A DNA stretch of 64,000 nucleotides from NCBI GenBank assembly GCA_963696385.1, contig CAVOKF010000007.1, positions 288,001 through 352,000 on the forward strand. The letters run 5' to 3'. Below are positions 48,871-59,544 of the stretch, one piece after another (the first letter of the stretch is position 1; the number at the start of each line of letters is the position of its first letter). The notes under the pieces are model-generated. The model did no database searches and was not told the origin of the DNA. It worked only from the letters and a program-made list of their open reading frames with translations. The position numbers and the translations under genes are program-made. This DNA comes from an uncultured delta proteobacterium (GTDB taxonomy: Bacteria > Myxococcota_A > Polyangia > Polyangiales > Polyangiaceae).

Positions 48871-51843
48871 TTAAGGCGCGCGACGTCGTCGCGCGATCCA
48901 CGCGAGCCCGAACGCGACGGCGCCCAACATCGCCCCGGAATTGCTTTCTCGCCCGGTCGCGATGCAACCGCAGCCCGAGGCGGGCGTGGGAAGACTTGGG
49001 CCGAGCGCCGCCTCTCCCTGCGCGTCGCTCTCCGCGAGGGACGCCCCGCTCTCGCAGGGGCTGCTGGGCCATCCATCGAAGGCCGCCACCAATCCGGTGT
49101 CCGTTCCGGACTCGACGGAGCTTGCGTCATCCTCGGCGTCGGTAGCGTCCTCGGTGGCGCCCGCATCGTCCAAGCTCTGCGCGTCCTCGGTCTCCCCGCC
49201 GTCGCCCGCGGGGCACGAGGTCGGCGCCAGCGTTCCCCATGGAGGGGCCCCTGCCGGGGTCCCCACAGTAACCCAGCTCACCGCGATCGCCCCGAAGCTA
49301 TCGTAAGCCGCGACGACGACGTAGCCCGGCTCCGGCCCCGCGGTGAAAGCGCCCGTCGCGCCATCGATGAGCGAGCAGTCGCCATTCTCGTCGCACGTCG
49401 AGTCGTTCGAAGTGTACCAGGCGATGGGCGCAATGCCGCCGGACGACGAATACGCGATCGTTGCGTCCGGTGCGACGTTCGCCGAGCCTTGAGGGATGCA
49501 GAGGTCGACACCCGTGAACCAGACGCGAACCATCGGCGATGTCGAAGCGAGGTGGTGCGCGTCGCCCCCGTAGGCCGCGCTCACGCCAACGTACTGCGCG
49601 CCGGGCCGAACCAGTCCGACCTTCAGAACCGCAGCGGGCGGAGCCCCGGTGGTGACCGTCGCCGTCCCTGGGGAACTGAGAGCGATCGGGCCGCCAAGCG
49701 AGTCCGACCAGATGAGCCCGGACGGCCCGTACGATTGGTACGTGAACGTCACGTCGCCGCCCGGCGCGGGGGTGCTTGCGCCCGCGCCGACCATGGCCGT
49801 GAAGTTCACGCCCGAACCCTCCGCTACCGTCGAAGGGACCGCTGTGAGGGCGGTCGTCGTCGGCCCCACCTCGGCCCAGGCGCGCACGAGGTTGGCCGCG
49901 TCGATGGACCCGAGCCCCGAGGCGCAATCGTAGCCCGCTGCAGCTTGGTAGCCGTAGCACGATTGGGGGAAGCCCTGGACCGGGCAGGTCGTGGGGCAGC
50001 CAGGGTCCGGGCCGCGCGTGCAACCGACCAAGTTGTTGCCGGCCGTGATGTCGTGAAACGCGGACGGTGCCGTCGTGTCCAGAGCGTAAAGTTCCGGGTT
50101 GACGTTGCCGAGCCGTCCGCCGATCGCCTGGTCCACGAGCGCCAAGACACCGGCGAAGGACGGAGTTGCGGCGGACGTGCCGCCGACCGCGAGGACCACC
50201 GGACGGCCTCCCGTCGCCGAGCAGTCGGTTGTGCCGGAAACCGGCGTGCACTCGATGAAATAGGGGAACCGATCAGCCGACGCGCTGAGCGCAATGTCGG
50301 GCACCTGCCGCATACCGGACGGCGTCGTGCCCGCGGGCAACGGGACGGGCAGGCTGCCGACGATGGCGCAGGTCGTGCTTTGATAGGGCGGCCGCGGGAA
50401 CACTTCGCTGATGCCACCGCCGCCACCGTTGGGAGGTCCCATATTCGGGTTGGTCTCATTCCAGACCTGTTCCGCCATGGGGTACCCCGTCGCAAAGCCA
50501 TTGCAGTCGAACGCGATGGCATGGGTCGGAAACTCGGTGCCGCCCACCGCGGTGACGCCAGGAAACGACGCAGGAAATTGCACGTAGAGGCCCGTTTGGC
50601 CGAATTGCTCGATGCATCCCGTGGCGGCCGCGTCGCCCGAAGCGGCCACAAAGGTGATTCCAAGCAGGTTGGCGGCGGAGCCATAGACCCCGAGCACATC
50701 CGCATCGCTCGGGGCCTGGTTCAACTCGCAGGCCCCCGCGCTCTGGCTGAGGATCGGGGCCAAATTTTGCTCGATCGCGTAATAGGTCGCGCTGTCGATA
50801 TTGGCGTCGTCGGAGCCGGTGAAGACGTATCGGATGCTTGCGCCCGGCGCGATCGCGCCCGACCATTCGGTGTCGAGGATCGCTTCCGTACCACCGCCGG
50901 CGAACCAGGCGGCGACGCCTGTGTCCGGCACCAGCCATTCTGTGAGGGTCGACGCGGGCAAGCCGTACGTCGTGCGGAACGCAGCGACGTCGTTCGGCGC
51001 GATTTGCGACACGCCGACGATCGCGATGGCGGTCCCCGATCCGTCGAGCGGCGAGCCTGTGACCCCCGTCGCATAAAGCGGGGTCACGTCGTAGATCGTC
51101 GCCCAGTCCCGCGGAGCGAGTCCGAAACCGGCCAGACAATGCTTGTCGCCGGTCGGGCACACCGCGTCGGGGACCGTCGTCATCCGAGCCTGCGCCGGTC
51201 GCGCGTAAAAGTCGTGGGTGTTGTGCACCGCGAGCACGATGTCGGAAAGCTCGGCCGGGATGGCCGGCGCCGTGGACATCGCGTAGTGAATGTCGCTTCC
51301 GACCTTGTAGGCATGCATCTCCGTGCGGAACGCCTTCTGCAAGTCCGCGACGCGCCCCGCAAAGCTCACGCGCGCCCCGAGGCGCGAGGTCGATCGCACG
51401 TCGAGGCCCTGCTGCGCGAGCCATGCCCGGGTGCGGGCAATGTCCCGAGCCTTCGCACCGAAGCGATCGGCGTACTGCTCGGGCGTGAGCCACTTGCGGT
51501 AACTCGGCGAGGTCCGGTCGAGTTGTGCGGCGATCAGTGCGTCGCGATCGATCTGCTGCGCGGGGGACAGTTTGAAAACCACCGACAGGTTGGCGATGCG
51601 TCGGTTCGGGTCGAGCGGGCCGAGGTCGAACGCGGGGCGCGCGAGCGGATGCGCACCGCGCTCCAGTCGCACGTACCCATCCATCGGCAGCGCCGCCGCG
51701 CGCGTGTCGCCGTCGCCCGTCGATGGCCCCGACGCCGGCGTCCTGCAACCGATGAGGGGAGCCGTCCCGGCCACCAGGGCGAGCGCCCGGACCCACGCGC
51801 ATCGGCCCAGGCGGGCTGCCGCGGAACCCCCCGGCGTCGGCAC
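48871..51843 (-). CDS. S53 (sedolisin/kumamolisin) protease with prodomain, Ig-like domain and MYXO-CTERM
   Basis: WLTPEQYADRFG prodomain; EAILDTEW, ASGD, GGTSAATP, GYDCASGLGS; tail GCGC...RRRR. Start uncertain. Confidence 0.92.
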   Translation of the reverse strand: MPTPGGSAAARLGRCAWVRALALVAGTAPLIGCRTPASGPSTGDGDTRAAALPMDGYVRLERGAHPLARPAFDLGPLDPNRRIANLSVVFKLSPAQQIDRDALIAAQLDRTSPSYRKWLTPEQYADRFGAKARDIARTRAWLAQQGLDVRSTSRLGARVSFAGRVADLQKAFRTEMHAYKVGSDIHYAMSTAPAIPAELSDIVLAVHNTHDFYARPAQARMTTVPDAVCPTGDKHCLAGFGLAPRDWATIYDVTPLYATGVTGSPLDGSGTAIAIVGVSQIAPNDVAAFRTTYGLPASTLTEWLVPDTGVAAWFAGGGTEAILDTEWSGAIAPGASIRYVFTGSDDANIDSATYYAIEQNLAPILSQSAGACELNQAPSDADVLGVYGSAANLLGITFVAASGDAAATGCIEQFGQTGLYVQFPASFPGVTAVGGTEFPTHAIAFDCNGFATGYPMAEQVWNETNPNMGPPNGGGGGISEVFPRPPYQSTTCAIVGSLPVPLPAGTTPSGMRQVPDIALSASADRFPYFIECTPVSGTTDCSATGGRPVVLAVGGTSAATPSFAGVLALVDQAIGGRLGNVNPELYALDTTAPSAFHDITAGNNLVGCTRGPDPGCPTTCPVQGFPQSCYGYQAAAGYDCASGLGSIDAANLVRAWAEVGPTTTALTAVPSTVAEGSGVNFTAMVGAGASTPAPGGDVTFTYQSYGPSGLIWSDSLGGPIALSSPGTATVTTGAPPAAVLKVGLVRPGAQYVGVSAAYGGDAHHLASTSPMVRVWFTGVDLCIPQGSANVAPDATIAYSSSGGIAPIAWYTSNDSTCDENGDCSLIDGATGAFTAGPEPGYVVVAAYDSFGAIAVSWVTVGTPAGAPPWGTLAPTSCPAGDGGETEDAQSLDDAGATEDATDAEDDASSVESGTDTGLVAAFDGWPSSPCESGASLAESDAQGEAALGPSLPTPASGCGCIATGRESNSGAMLGAVAFGLAWIARRRRAP

Positions 51844-52034
51844 GGGCTCCTCGCGGGCATCGACGGCCGGGGCAAAGCCCCTATTGCCCTTGAACCGGAG
51901 AACCGCGACCATAGAATTGAATCCATACGATACCCCAGCGAATCATGATCCAGAGCGACCTTTGCCGGACTTCTCGCCGGCCGTCCTGGCCGAGGCGGCC
52001 GCCCTCACGCGGGCTAGGGTCCGACGAAGAAGCG

Positions 52035-53738
52035 CTAGGCGTCGCTCAACGCGCGGTGCACGAGCTGGATGCAAATGGACCCCTCGCCGACGGCGGAAGC
52101 CACACGTTTGACGCTCGCGGCACGGATGTCGCCGACGGCGAAGACTCCGGGCAGACTCGTCTCCAGAAGATAGGGAGTACGCTTCATGGGCCACTTTCGA
52201 GCCGAGAGGTCCCCGGCCGATAGATCCATTCCGGTCTTGACGAATCCCTTGTCGTCCAGCACGACACATCCGGAAAGCCAGTCCGAGTTCGGTTTCGCGC
52301 CGGTCATGAGAAACAGGTGACGGACGTCGCGCCGGGTCGTCTCGCCGGAACGATCGTCGGTCCAAACGACGCTCTCGAGATGGTCGCCGCCCTCGAGGGA
52401 CTCGAGCCGCGTCCGCGTTCGGAGTGTAATGTTCGGAGTCTCCTCGATTCTGCGAATGAGATACCGTGACATGCTGTCCGCGAGGCCCTCGCCACGAATG
52501 AGCATGTGCACGTGGCGGACGACGCCGGACAAATAGACTGCGGCTTGGCCTGCCGAGTTGCCTCCGCCCACAATCGCGACTTCGTCGCCTTTGCAGCGTT
52601 GCGCCTCGACGTGAGTCGCGCCGTAGTACACGCCGGCACCCTCGAACCGGGCCAGGCCGGCGATCTCGGGCTTTCGGTAGGCCGCCCCTGTGGCTATGAC
52701 GACGGTTCGCGCACGAACCGTCACGCCGCCACCGAGGTCGATGGAGTAGGGGCGGCGCTCACAAAGAAATCCGACGGCCGCCTTTGCGACGACGACCTCG
52801 GCTCCGAATTTTTCCGCTTGGGTGAGCGCACGGCCGGCCAGGGCGCCGCCCGAAATGCCCGTGGGGAACCCGAGATAATTTTCGATCTTGGAGCTCGACC
52901 CGGCTTGGCCCCCAGGAGTCTCGGACTCGAGCACCAGGACGTCGAGACCCTCGGAGGCCGCGTACACGGCGGCGGCAAGACCCCCCGGGCCTGCGCCCAC
53001 GACCACGAGGTCGCGCAGCGCGCTCGCGTCGAGCGTCGGGTTGAAGCCCAGGCAGTCGGCCAGCTCCGAATTGGTCGGATTCTTGAGAACCCGCTCACCC
53101 CGACAGATGACGACCGGAACGTCGTCGACGGCGACGTGAAACGTATCGAGGAGATCCTGCACGCCCGCGTCGGTTTCGACGTCCACGTAGGTGAACGGGT
53201 GAGTGCTCCGGGTGAGAAACTCCTGCAGCCGCAGCGTGCCTGACGAATGGCGAGAGCCGACGAGAACGACATCGCCCTGGCCGTGGGCGACGAGACCCAT
53301 GCGACGGAGAATGAACGCCCTAAGGAAGAGTTCGCTCAGCTCCGCATCGGTCTGCACGAGACTGCGCAAGCGGCTTCGCTCAATCACGAGCAGCCGCGAC
53401 GCCGTCCGAGCCCGTCCCCGCACCAGGCTACGCCGGCCCGAGAGAAGATCGACCTCGCCGGTGAACTCGCCCGGCTCGTGCACGGTGATGGGCTCGTCTG
53501 CACCTCGCGAGGGGTGGACGATCTCGACGGAACCCGACAGGACGACGAAGAACGGAATGTCCGATTGACCTTGGTCGAAGAGCAGTTCGCCTGCGGCGGC
53601 CGAACGCTCGTGTCCACAGGATCGCAAGCGCTCGAGCTGGTCGTGAGACAGCTTTGGAAACATCTGGTCGCGGCGCGCATAGGGATCGTCGCGGGAAAGG
53701 GCGACTGCAGCCACGACCGGAAAGTCGGACGCACTCAT
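52035..53738 (-). CDS. cNMP-binding domain + thioredoxin-reductase-like FAD oxidoreductase
   Basis: GEFTGE..L..R; GAGPGGL, SSKIENYLGFP, GGGNSAGQ, KRVASAVGEG. Confidence 0.92.
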   Translation of the reverse strand: MSASDFPVVAAVALSRDDPYARRDQMFPKLSHDQLERLRSCGHERSAAAGELLFDQGQSDIPFFVVLSGSVEIVHPSRGADEPITVHEPGEFTGEVDLLSGRRSLVRGRARTASRLLVIERSRLRSLVQTDAELSELFLRAFILRRMGLVAHGQGDVVLVGSRHSSGTLRLQEFLTRSTHPFTYVDVETDAGVQDLLDTFHVAVDDVPVVICRGERVLKNPTNSELADCLGFNPTLDASALRDLVVVGAGPGGLAAAVYAASEGLDVLVLESETPGGQAGSSSKIENYLGFPTGISGGALAGRALTQAEKFGAEVVVAKAAVGFLCERRPYSIDLGGGVTVRARTVVIATGAAYRKPEIAGLARFEGAGVYYGATHVEAQRCKGDEVAIVGGGNSAGQAAVYLSGVVRHVHMLIRGEGLADSMSRYLIRRIEETPNITLRTRTRLESLEGGDHLESVVWTDDRSGETTRRDVRHLFLMTGAKPNSDWLSGCVVLDDKGFVKTGMDLSAGDLSARKWPMKRTPYLLETSLPGVFAVGDIRAASVKRVASAVGEGSICIQLVHRALSDA

Positions 53739-54028
53739 GGTGCGGACAGGTCCCGGTCGTCGACGTAACACCAAGCCCAGGTTTCGCCGACCTCCGCCGA
53801 GGTAACGACAGGATGCGCCGTCGAGCGGTAATGCGCCGTCGCGTGGCGGTTGGGCGAAGAGTCGCAGCAGCCCACGTGACCGCACGTGAGACAGATGCGA
53901 AGGTGCACCCAGCGCCCGCCGATTTTGAGGCAGTCCTCGCAGCCTTTGGCCGGACGATGCACCCTTCGCGTCGTGGCGTCGGTGACATGGTCGCAAGGAA
54001 ACGAGAGGTCGACGTCGTGGGTGTCCAT
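53735..54028 (-). CDS. UBP-type zinc-finger protein
   Basis: CEDCL..G.WVHLRICLTCGHVGCCDSSP..HATAH; ATGA overlap with the reductase. Confidence 0.9.
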   Translation of the reverse strand: MDTHDVDLSFPCDHVTDATTRRVHRPAKGCEDCLKIGGRWVHLRICLTCGHVGCCDSSPNRHATAHYRSTAHPVVTSAEVGETWAWCYVDDRDLSAP

Positions 54029-54152
54029 GAGGTCTTCCTGGCGCCTGAATGAAAACGCCGGCGGGCCCTTCGCGCGGAGCGTCGGGCGGGTTGCGGGAGC
54101 GCGCAGCATAGCTGCGTTTGCCATCGGGGTCCCGCGATTCGGGCGAAGCAAG

Positions 54153-55214
54153 CTACGGATCCAGCCCCGACCGCGTCGGATACTTTCTTGCGCGCCAAAC
54201 GGGAAGCCCCTCGTCGAGGACCGTCACCTTGGTGAACCCCTTCGAGAGTAGCTTTTGGGCGAGCTGGCGCGACTCAGCATGGGGGCACGCGCAATAACAG
54301 ACGAGCCACGCGTCCTTGGGCAGCGACGAGAAGTAAGGGTCGGGCTCGTAAAACGGAACGCTGACGGCGCCCGCAATGTGTTCGGCTACGTAATCGGACG
54401 GAGCGCGCGCATCGAGCAGCGCCATTCGCGCGCCGCGATCGAGTTGGGCCTTGACCACGTCCACGGGCGTCGTGGCTCCCTTGCCGGCGAAACCGATGGG
54501 CTCGGGACCTCGCGGATGGATGGGGACCGGACCGAGCGGAAGGGGGGGCGTCTTTGCCGGCGTCGATGGCGGAGAGACACCGCTTTGCGGCTGGTCCTTT
54601 CGGAGGTAGGCGACAACGTCCTCCACGCCACGATCTCCGAGCAGCGTTCCGAACGCGGGCATCGGTGTACCCGGACGACCGCGTAGAATCGCGTACCGGA
54701 TGTAGCCGTTCGGCGCGATCGACAAGAAGTCGGGGCCGCCGATGTGAACACTCGGGCCTTCTGTGCCGTGTTCGCCATGGCAGCGTGCGCACTCGCGGCC
54801 GTAGAGCGCCGCTCCGATCGCGGCGTCGCCCGCGGGGGGGCGTTCATCGAGAGCGGCACGTGCGCCGCGGTCCCAGGTCCGGAGGAACGCGATGACCGCA
54901 TCGACGTCCGCCGGCGAAAGCGGCCCTCCGCGCGTCCGTCCCCAGGCCGACATGGTCGTCCCACGTCGGCCGAACGTGATCGCCGACCGCAGGTACGCGT
55001 CGGTCGCCGACGCCAGAAAGTCGGGGCGCGTGAGGGCGGGCGCCTGGTCGGCGGCGTACCCCTTTCCATCGCGCCCATGACAGACAACGCACATGCGATC
55101 GTACACGAGCCACCCGCGCTGCGGGGTATCGCTCGAGCGCGAGCGCGAGCAATGCACCGAAGCGCACGCCAGAAGCACAACCGCGGCGACTCCGGAACGC
55201 GGGCGCACGTGCAT
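54153..55214 (-). CDS. Di-heme cytochrome c + rhodanese fusion (probable lipoprotein)
   Basis: CVVCH and CARCH, each with GRxGTxM; LLDAR..SDY...HIAGAVSVP; YCACPH; LDEG...W. Confidence 0.88.
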   Translation of the reverse strand: MHVRPRSGVAAVVLLACASVHCSRSRSSDTPQRGWLVYDRMCVVCHGRDGKGYAADQAPALTRPDFLASATDAYLRSAITFGRRGTTMSAWGRTRGGPLSPADVDAVIAFLRTWDRGARAALDERPPAGDAAIGAALYGRECARCHGEHGTEGPSVHIGGPDFLSIAPNGYIRYAILRGRPGTPMPAFGTLLGDRGVEDVVAYLRKDQPQSGVSPPSTPAKTPPLPLGPVPIHPRGPEPIGFAGKGATTPVDVVKAQLDRGARMALLDARAPSDYVAEHIAGAVSVPFYEPDPYFSSLPKDAWLVCYCACPHAESRQLAQKLLSKGFTKVTVLDEGLPVWRARKYPTRSGLDP

Positions 55215-55303
55215 CTCGGATGGCGCGGACCATAGCGCAGGTTCGTCCCGCAACTTGGCCGAAAGCGTCTTGAAACCATCGGAGCGTACGGTCTCGTTCC
55301 AGA

Positions 55304-56704
55304 ATGGCAATCAGCCTCACCGTCCCGGAACGAACCGGTCGCGTGGTGGCGGATGACGTCGAGGTAAAAATCCTCGGCGCGTGCAGCCATCCGTCGCCGC
55401 TCAACCATAGGCTTGCGCGCTCAGCCATCCATTACGTCGGCAAGGCCGACCGCGTCCCCATCGACGACCACATCTCGAAAATCGGAGAGTATGGCGACGA
55501 TTTGGCCCGTATTCCGGCTTTCGAGTTGGCGGGCCCCCGGGACAGGATTTTTTTCGATCCGGAGCGACTTCGCTGCGGGATCGTCACCTGCGGCGGCCTG
55601 TGTCCCGGGATCAACAACGTGATCCGCGGCCTCGTCCTCGAGCTCACGCACGGGTACGGGGTCGAGCAAATCTTCGGCTTTCGCTACGGATACGAAGGCC
55701 TCACCCAGGGATCGTCCGAGGAGCCCGTGCAGCTCACGCCTTCATTCGTCGCGGACATTCACCACGAGGGAGGGACCGCGCTCGGGACTTCGCGCGGAGG
55801 TCAGGATCCGGTCGAGATGGTGCGGACCCTCGAGCGGATGGGCATCGGCGTCCTTTTCGTCATCGGCGGCGATGGAACCGTGCGAGGCGCCATGACGATC
55901 GTGTCCGAGGTCGAGCAGCGGAAACTTGCGATCGGCGTCGTGGGCATCCCAAAGACCATCGACAACGACATCCATTTCATCGATCGAAGTTTCGGGTTCG
56001 AGACGGCATTCTCTTCGGCCGTCGACGTGATTCGCAGCGCACACGTCGAGGCGCAGGGCGCGCGCAACGGCATCGGCGTCGTCAAGCTGATGGGACGCCA
56101 TTCCGGCTTCATTGCGTGCCATGCCGCGATCGCGTCCACGGACGTGGACGCCGTGCTCATCCCCGAGGTGGCCGTTCGTCTCGAAGGGGATCTGGGGCTC
56201 TTCGATTTTCTCGAGCGGCGCCTACGACGCAATGCGCACGCGGTCATCGTCGTCGCCGAGGGAGCCGGACAGGACCTCTGCGACGAGGACGCAGGGCGAC
56301 GGACGGACCCGAGCGGCAACGTCCGGCTGGGCGACGTCGGCGTCGTCTTGAAGAACCGGATCGTGGAGCATTTCCGCGACAGGCGCGTCGATGCAACACT
56401 CAAATACATCGACCCGAGCTATCACATTCGCAGCGTCCCTGCGTCGCCCAACGACAGCGTCTATTGCTGGAACATGGCACGAAATGCCGTGCATGCGGCG
56501 CTCGCCGGCAACACCGAGGTTCTCATTGGACGTTGGCATGGACGGTTCGTTCACGTGCCCATGCCGCTCGCGACCCGCTTCCGCAAGCGCGTCGATGTGA
56601 CGGGCGACCTCTGGATGTCGGTCGTCGAATCGACTGGACAACCAGTGTCGTGGCAGGAGCAGGGCGAGACGGTCAGCCCCCGTTCGAGAGTGGATGCTGC
56701 GTGA
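55304..56704 (+). CDS. pfkA: ATP-dependent 6-phosphofructokinase
   Basis: TCGGLCPG, GTSRG, GGDG, PKTIDND, KLMGRHSGF, YIDPSY. Confidence 0.93.
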   Translation: MAISLTVPERTGRVVADDVEVKILGACSHPSPLNHRLARSAIHYVGKADRVPIDDHISKIGEYGDDLARIPAFELAGPRDRIFFDPERLRCGIVTCGGLCPGINNVIRGLVLELTHGYGVEQIFGFRYGYEGLTQGSSEEPVQLTPSFVADIHHEGGTALGTSRGGQDPVEMVRTLERMGIGVLFVIGGDGTVRGAMTIVSEVEQRKLAIGVVGIPKTIDNDIHFIDRSFGFETAFSSAVDVIRSAHVEAQGARNGIGVVKLMGRHSGFIACHAAIASTDVDAVLIPEVAVRLEGDLGLFDFLERRLRRNAHAVIVVAEGAGQDLCDEDAGRRTDPSGNVRLGDVGVVLKNRIVEHFRDRRVDATLKYIDPSYHIRSVPASPNDSVYCWNMARNAVHAALAGNTEVLIGRWHGRFVHVPMPLATRFRKRVDVTGDLWMSVVESTGQPVSWQEQGETVSPRSRVDAA

Positions 56705-56798
56705 AATGGGCCGGCGAGCCGCTCGCGTGGGCGAGGGGACGCGTCGCGCCGTTCAGTCGTTTCGGCCCGTCACCCGAATCGTGCCGGACGACTGGGGC

Positions 56799-57176
56799 TC
56801 ACGGCCGGGCGGCACCGACGCTCGCCAGCGAGACGAGCCCGAGAGATGCCACTCGCGCACACAGAGGGTCGTACCGCAGAATCTGACAAGTTCCAAGCTC
56901 AAGGTATTCCCGGTCGTCTATCTCCTGGACGCCCGCGGGCAAGAGCTCGGCCTGGGCCGCTCCGCACGTGCATCGGACTCGCAACATCGCATCCATGGTA
57001 ACGGCCTTCGCGAGCTCGGCCGATAGCCCGTCCGTTCCGAGCACGCAATAGACTCGTGGTTCGCCGCGCAGGAGCGGCCTCACTCGCGCGAAAGCTCGAG
57101 CGACGAGAGCATCGGTCGAGGTCCGAGGTCGGACGGGACATCCGGGCTTTCCGGCACGACCCAGGAAACGGCACAC
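56799..57176 (-). CDS. Hypothetical protein
   Basis: Only protein-like ORF in the gap (RVYCVLGTDGLSAELAKAV...); no motif recognised; start unclear. Confidence 0.3.
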   Translation of the reverse strand: MCRFLGRAGKPGCPVRPRTSTDALVARAFARVRPLLRGEPRVYCVLGTDGLSAELAKAVTMDAMLRVRCTCGAAQAELLPAGVQEIDDREYLELGTCQILRYDPLCARVASLGLVSLASVGAARP

Positions 57177-57260
57177 GGCACACAGCTCAACGGGGTTGGG
57201 CTAAGCCTCGTCACGGCGGTGCACGAGCGAATTCGCAAGAGCGAATTCGGGGTTTGGGCC

Positions 57261-57857
57261 CTAAAGCCAGCCGGCGATGAGCGCCACGCCCACCCCGACG
57301 AAGAGAGCGGCCGCCAGCCGTTGCAGGATGTCTGGATGAAGCCACTGGGCCGCGCGATGGCCAACGCCGACGGCCAGGGCCGTCACCGCCCACATCGCCA
57401 GGGTCGCGGCTGCGAAGACGACGACTGGGGCGCGCTCCCGAGCGGCAAAGCCGGCGGTCGCGAGCTGGGTGAGATCCCCCCATTCGGCGACGAAGACAAT
57501 CCCGAAGGCACCCACGAGTGCCCGCCCGAAGGAGGGCCCGCTGCTCGGCGGCGAGCGGTTCACCTCGTCTGAAACGGGCGGCTTCTCTGGTTCGTGGCGA
57601 AGCCCCATGAGCAGCCCGGAGACGATGAAGAGGATCCCGGCCCCGACGTGCACAGGCCTCGGCGGCAGAAGGGAGAAAAGACTCCCGGCAGCGACGGCAA
57701 TGAAACTCTGCAGCACGAGGGCAAGCGCCGCCCCCAAAAACACCGGGAGCGGTTTGTGCCGGGTCGCAAGAACGACCGAAGCAATCGCAGTTTTGTCCGG
57801 CAGCTCGGCCATGAAGATGACGCCGAAGACGACCATGCCGACATGAAGTGCGTGCAT
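57261..57857 (-). CDS. TMEM165/GDT1 (UPF0016) cation transporter
   Basis: AELPDKT and AEWGDLTQ repeats in TM helices. Confidence 0.92.
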   Translation of the reverse strand: MHALHVGMVVFGVIFMAELPDKTAIASVVLATRHKPLPVFLGAALALVLQSFIAVAAGSLFSLLPPRPVHVGAGILFIVSGLLMGLRHEPEKPPVSDEVNRSPPSSGPSFGRALVGAFGIVFVAEWGDLTQLATAGFAARERAPVVVFAAATLAMWAVTALAVGVGHRAAQWLHPDILQRLAAALFVGVGVALIAGWL

Positions 57858-57867
57858 CGCTTTCGAC

Positions 57868-59490
57868 TCACCGACCCTCTCGGTATGCCTTGACCGCGTT
57901 CACGATCGCGTCCGCCAGAAGTTGCCGGTATTCCGGCGTATTCAACCGTTGTTCTTCGATGCCATTCGAAATGTAGCCCGATTCGAAGAGTGCACTCGGC
58001 ATGCGTGCACCGATCAATACGTAGAATCCGGCGGGGTGGACGCCGCCGTCGACGACGTCGGCATAGGTCATTCGGAGCGCCGCCAGGGCGGACCGCTCCA
58101 AAAGCCGAGCGAAACGTACCGATCGCTGCGCCTGATCCGCCAGACGCATGCTGCTCAGCATCGACGCGAGCTCCGCACTGGCGGCCCGAGTCGTGGCGTT
58201 CTCGCGCGCAGCGATCTTCGCCGCCACTTCGTCGCGCGTCGTATCGAGCACGAATGTTTCGACACCGTGCGGCGACCTTCCTTCGCTTGCGTTGCAGTGA
58301 ATCGAGACGAAGAGATCGGCGGAAAACGCGTTGGCTCGAGCGGTCCGCTCCTCGAGCGATACGAAGCGGTCGTCGTCCCTCGTCAGGAGCACCGAAAGGC
58401 CCTGCGACTGAAGGATCTGCGCCGCCCTCTTCCCGATGTCGAGCGTGACGTCCTTTTCGACGGTCCCCGCTTGCCCGACCGCGCCCGAGTCTCTGCCGCC
58501 GTGTCCCGCGTCGAGTACGACGCGCGATACCTCGCGCAGACCGCGATCCGCGAACGGAGCGTGGCGTGCGACGTCGACTACGATTCGATAGGGCTCGACC
58601 ATGTAGAAGGTCCGACGCCACGCTTGCCCGTCGAGATCGAGGACGACGCGAGAACCGGTGCTGGTCGCCTCGGCGCGAATGCGCGTGACGATGCCCGCTT
58701 CGGCCGTCTCGGGCGCGGCGCTGCCGAGGTCCACGCCGTCCAAATCGACGAATGTCCGCGGAGCGGTCGTGCCGTCGACCACTTCATCGCCGCTTCGGTA
58801 AGGCGCCGGGCGATCCAGCGCGATCACGACTCGCGTCGAATCTCGACCGGGCCAAGCGTCGACGCGGACGATCCGCGGGGCAGTGGCCGACTGAGCCGTC
58901 GGCGTCGCGGCGGATGCCGGGTCGGTTTGCGGGGGCTCGCCCCCATGCACCGGCGGTCGAAAAGCGACCAAGGCAGCAAGAGCGCGATCCACGCCGGCGA
59001 GACAGCCGGCGGCGGCGAGAGCGCTCGGAGCTGGGAGTCCGGCAAAGCGGCGGCGCGCTTCGGCCAAGTCCACGTAGGCGGCCGATGCGTCGTGGGCGAG
59101 CTCGCCCGCCAAGCGACCAGCGCGAACGGCAGCGTCGCATGCACCGACCGTTCGGGGATCGCGCGAAGCCGAACGGTACAGGGCGATCGCCCAAGAGCCG
59201 TCCTGGGGATCTCCGGCGATGCGCCAGATGCGTTCGGCGAGACCGCCTGCCAGGGCGTACAGGTCGGCGGCTCGCGCTCCGGCCCCCTCACGAACGGCCC
59301 GATCTTCGATCGATCGAGCGAGCGCAAGCGCCTCGGGCCGCGCCGGCAGATCGTGTCGAGAGCCGGTGAGGCTGCGGGCCCGAGCCACGTCGCCCGCCTG
59401 GGACAAGGGGGGGCGATCGGCGTGGATCTCGCCGCGGCCCCCGCAGGCCATTGCGGCTGCCAGAAGTCCCGCGCGGAGCACTCCCGTCAC
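57868..59490 (-). CDS. N-acetylmuramoyl-L-alanine amidase (Amidase_3) with AMIN-like domain, lipoprotein
   Basis: VLDAGHGGRDSGA, EKDVTL, LTRDDD, FVSIHCNA, LFESGYISN. Confidence 0.92.
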   Translation of the reverse strand: MTGVLRAGLLAAAMACGGRGEIHADRPPLSQAGDVARARSLTGSRHDLPARPEALALARSIEDRAVREGAGARAADLYALAGGLAERIWRIAGDPQDGSWAIALYRSASRDPRTVGACDAAVRAGRLAGELAHDASAAYVDLAEARRRFAGLPAPSALAAAGCLAGVDRALAALVAFRPPVHGGEPPQTDPASAATPTAQSATAPRIVRVDAWPGRDSTRVVIALDRPAPYRSGDEVVDGTTAPRTFVDLDGVDLGSAAPETAEAGIVTRIRAEATSTGSRVVLDLDGQAWRRTFYMVEPYRIVVDVARHAPFADRGLREVSRVVLDAGHGGRDSGAVGQAGTVEKDVTLDIGKRAAQILQSQGLSVLLTRDDDRFVSLEERTARANAFSADLFVSIHCNASEGRSPHGVETFVLDTTRDEVAAKIAARENATTRAASAELASMLSSMRLADQAQRSVRFARLLERSALAALRMTYADVVDGGVHPAGFYVLIGARMPSALFESGYISNGIEEQRLNTPEYRQLLADAIVNAVKAYREGR

Positions 59491-59544
59491 GGGGCTTGGG
59501 TTGCTTCGCGGGCGCGGGTTATCGTGCCACTGGAGGAGCGCCAC

